DNA of 32,000 nt from positions 3,210,001-3,242,000 of the forward strand of contig NC_017448.1 of the NCBI RefSeq assembly GCF_000146505.1, written 5' to 3'. This document shows, one piece after another, positions 31,084 to 32,000 of this stretch (position 1 is the stretch's first letter; each line of letters begins with the position of its first letter). This DNA is from Fibrobacter succinogenes subsp. succinogenes S85. GTDB taxonomy: Bacteria; Fibrobacterota; Fibrobacteria; Fibrobacterales; Fibrobacteraceae. The translations under genes and the position numbers were made by a program. The notes under the pieces are model-generated. The model worked only from the letters and a program-made list of their open reading frames with translations. It was not told where the DNA came from and made no database searches.

Positions 31084-31112
31084 AAAATAAAAACTTTATT
31101 CCCAAATGTCAA
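31084..31112 (-). promoter_or_regulatory. Putative strong sigma70-like promoter for 30305..31042
   Basis: Minus strand: TTGACA (31112-31107), 17-nt spacer, TATTTT (31089-31084). An A-rich ~45-nt leader follows, ending in AAGAGGTG-N4-ATG. Confidence 0.4.
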
Positions 31113-31235
31113 AGATTTTCACGAAAAAAGCATGAGTAAAGGATAAAAATAGTTTTTTCGTAACCAATAACATTTGTTGTATAAAAAATAATAATAAAAA
31201 TGTAAAATGTTGCAACAAATGAAAACTTTTTTTCT

Positions 31236-31991
31236 TTATTTGCGGTTGATCACGCCCAAAATTGCTTCAGATAGGGGCTTTGAGCCTCGCTTTGATAAAT
31301 TAATGCCTTCAAAATCTTGTATGATTTTGTGATTTCTGTCACTAAAACGGGCCCTGTCTGATAGAATCTCTATGTTATTTGAGGTGGAAATGTCCTTTTT
31401 TTCGATCTTTACGTCTGCACGAACAAGAAATTTTGGGTAAAGGAGACGGTATTTGTCGGAAATGGCGTCGGCGATACTCCAGACAGGATCAATCAAAAGT
31501 ATAATATTCTCCTTTTTGACCATTTTTGTCGCTAAAATGGCGCCTGTTCCGCGACCTGCAACGACTTTCGGGGCTTTGCCGTTTATCTGTGAAGCACATT
31601 CGTAAATCATCTGGGCGTCGGATTCGAACGTTTCCTGTGACGGTGTTCCCTTGTTTTCACCGCTGCCACGGTAGTTGAATGTCGCGGCGGCGTAGCCGGG
31701 GAGGCTGTCGAGTTCGGCGAGGAACTGGGCGGCGTCTTCGTCAGCATCGGGGTAGTAAAGGATGACGTTATTCTGTTCGTTTCCGACAACGAAACCTTCA
31801 AGCTTGGTGCCGTCATCGAGGGTACAGTTGATGGCTCTTGCCTTATTTGTAATGGCTTCGCGGGCTTCGTTGTGCGTGATTGCACGGGGGAATGCGTTAC
31901 GGCGTTCGGTTAAGGCGAGGTAAAATACCATGCTGATATATATAAGGATGATGATTCCCGCGTAACGTAAAATTCGGCTCAGTGTTCCCAA
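31236..31991 (-). CDS. Membrane-anchored alpha/beta-hydrolase-fold protein with Gly in place of the nucleophile Ser
   Basis: N-terminal TM helix. VILYYPDADEDAA...FNYRGSGENKGTPSQE...VVAGRGTGAILA follows the HGN...YRGYGxSxG...GxSxGG layout of BAAT/DLH-like hydrolases. The frame stays open to the window end, so the TTG 31991 start is provisional. Confidence 0.6.
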   Translation of the reverse strand: MGTLSRILRYAGIIILIYISMVFYLALTERRNAFPRAITHNEAREAITNKARAINCTLDDGTKLEGFVVGNEQNNVILYYPDADEDAAQFLAELDSLPGYAAATFNYRGSGENKGTPSQETFESDAQMIYECASQINGKAPKVVAGRGTGAILATKMVKKENIILLIDPVWSIADAISDKYRLLYPKFLVRADVKIEKKDISTSNNIEILSDRARFSDRNHKIIQDFEGINLSKRGSKPLSEAILGVINRK

Positions 31992-32000
31992 GGCAAGTTC

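Noticed and set aside
31171-31221. Inverted repeat CATTTGTTG ... CAACAAATG downstream of the 31236 gene, considered as an intrinsic terminator.
   Set aside because: The loop is about 33 nt and AT-rich and the stem is weak. It does not look like a canonical terminator, and I could not support another role.

Overview
Chromosomal segment that looks like Fibrobacter (Fibrobacterota). The pointers are a FISUMP-type C-terminal domain protein, a roughly 900-aa FGE-like paralog, and a GH30 enzyme with a basic C-terminal sorting-type tail. All protein calls rest on motif recognition by eye. No BLAST or HMM search could be run.

I support about 26 CDS:
- Housekeeping genes: aroE (partial), der-plsY-gpsA, hom, nadC, lnt, rsmI, lpxH.
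- Envelope and glycan genes: two phosphoglycosyl transferases, UDP-glucuronate decarboxylase, GH30, an FGE/beta-propeller/SGNH lipoprotein, and a DUF3943-like outer-membrane protein.
- Several uncharacterised secreted proteins.

I found no rRNA, tRNA, CRISPR array, transposase, integrase or phage gene.

The structure not explained by genes lies in the spacers. Nearly every intergenic region is built from a small vocabulary of modules:
- Tandem 7-nt word arrays: TAGAACT, ACTAAYC, GTAGGNA, ACGARAG.
- Mini-hairpins (5-bp stem, 3-nt loop) whose stems differ between copies by compensatory changes.
- Three longer repeat families.

Two placements stand out. A 52-nt element occurs three times, each copy ending at the stop codon of a minus-strand gene. 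A roughly 46-nt element brackets the lnt ORF as an inverted pair.

Protein-level candidates for something new:
- A phosphoglycosyl transferase carrying a degenerate GGDEF-like domain that keeps the RxxD I-site spacing.
- The tri-domain FGE/PD40/SGNH lipoprotein encoded divergently next to it.
- A translationally coupled pair of secreted LPP20-like proteins upstream of a TPM-domain protein.
- An internally duplicated lysine-rich protein with AbrB/MraZ-like motifs.
- Two alpha/beta-hydrolase-fold proteins in which the nucleophile Ser is Gly.
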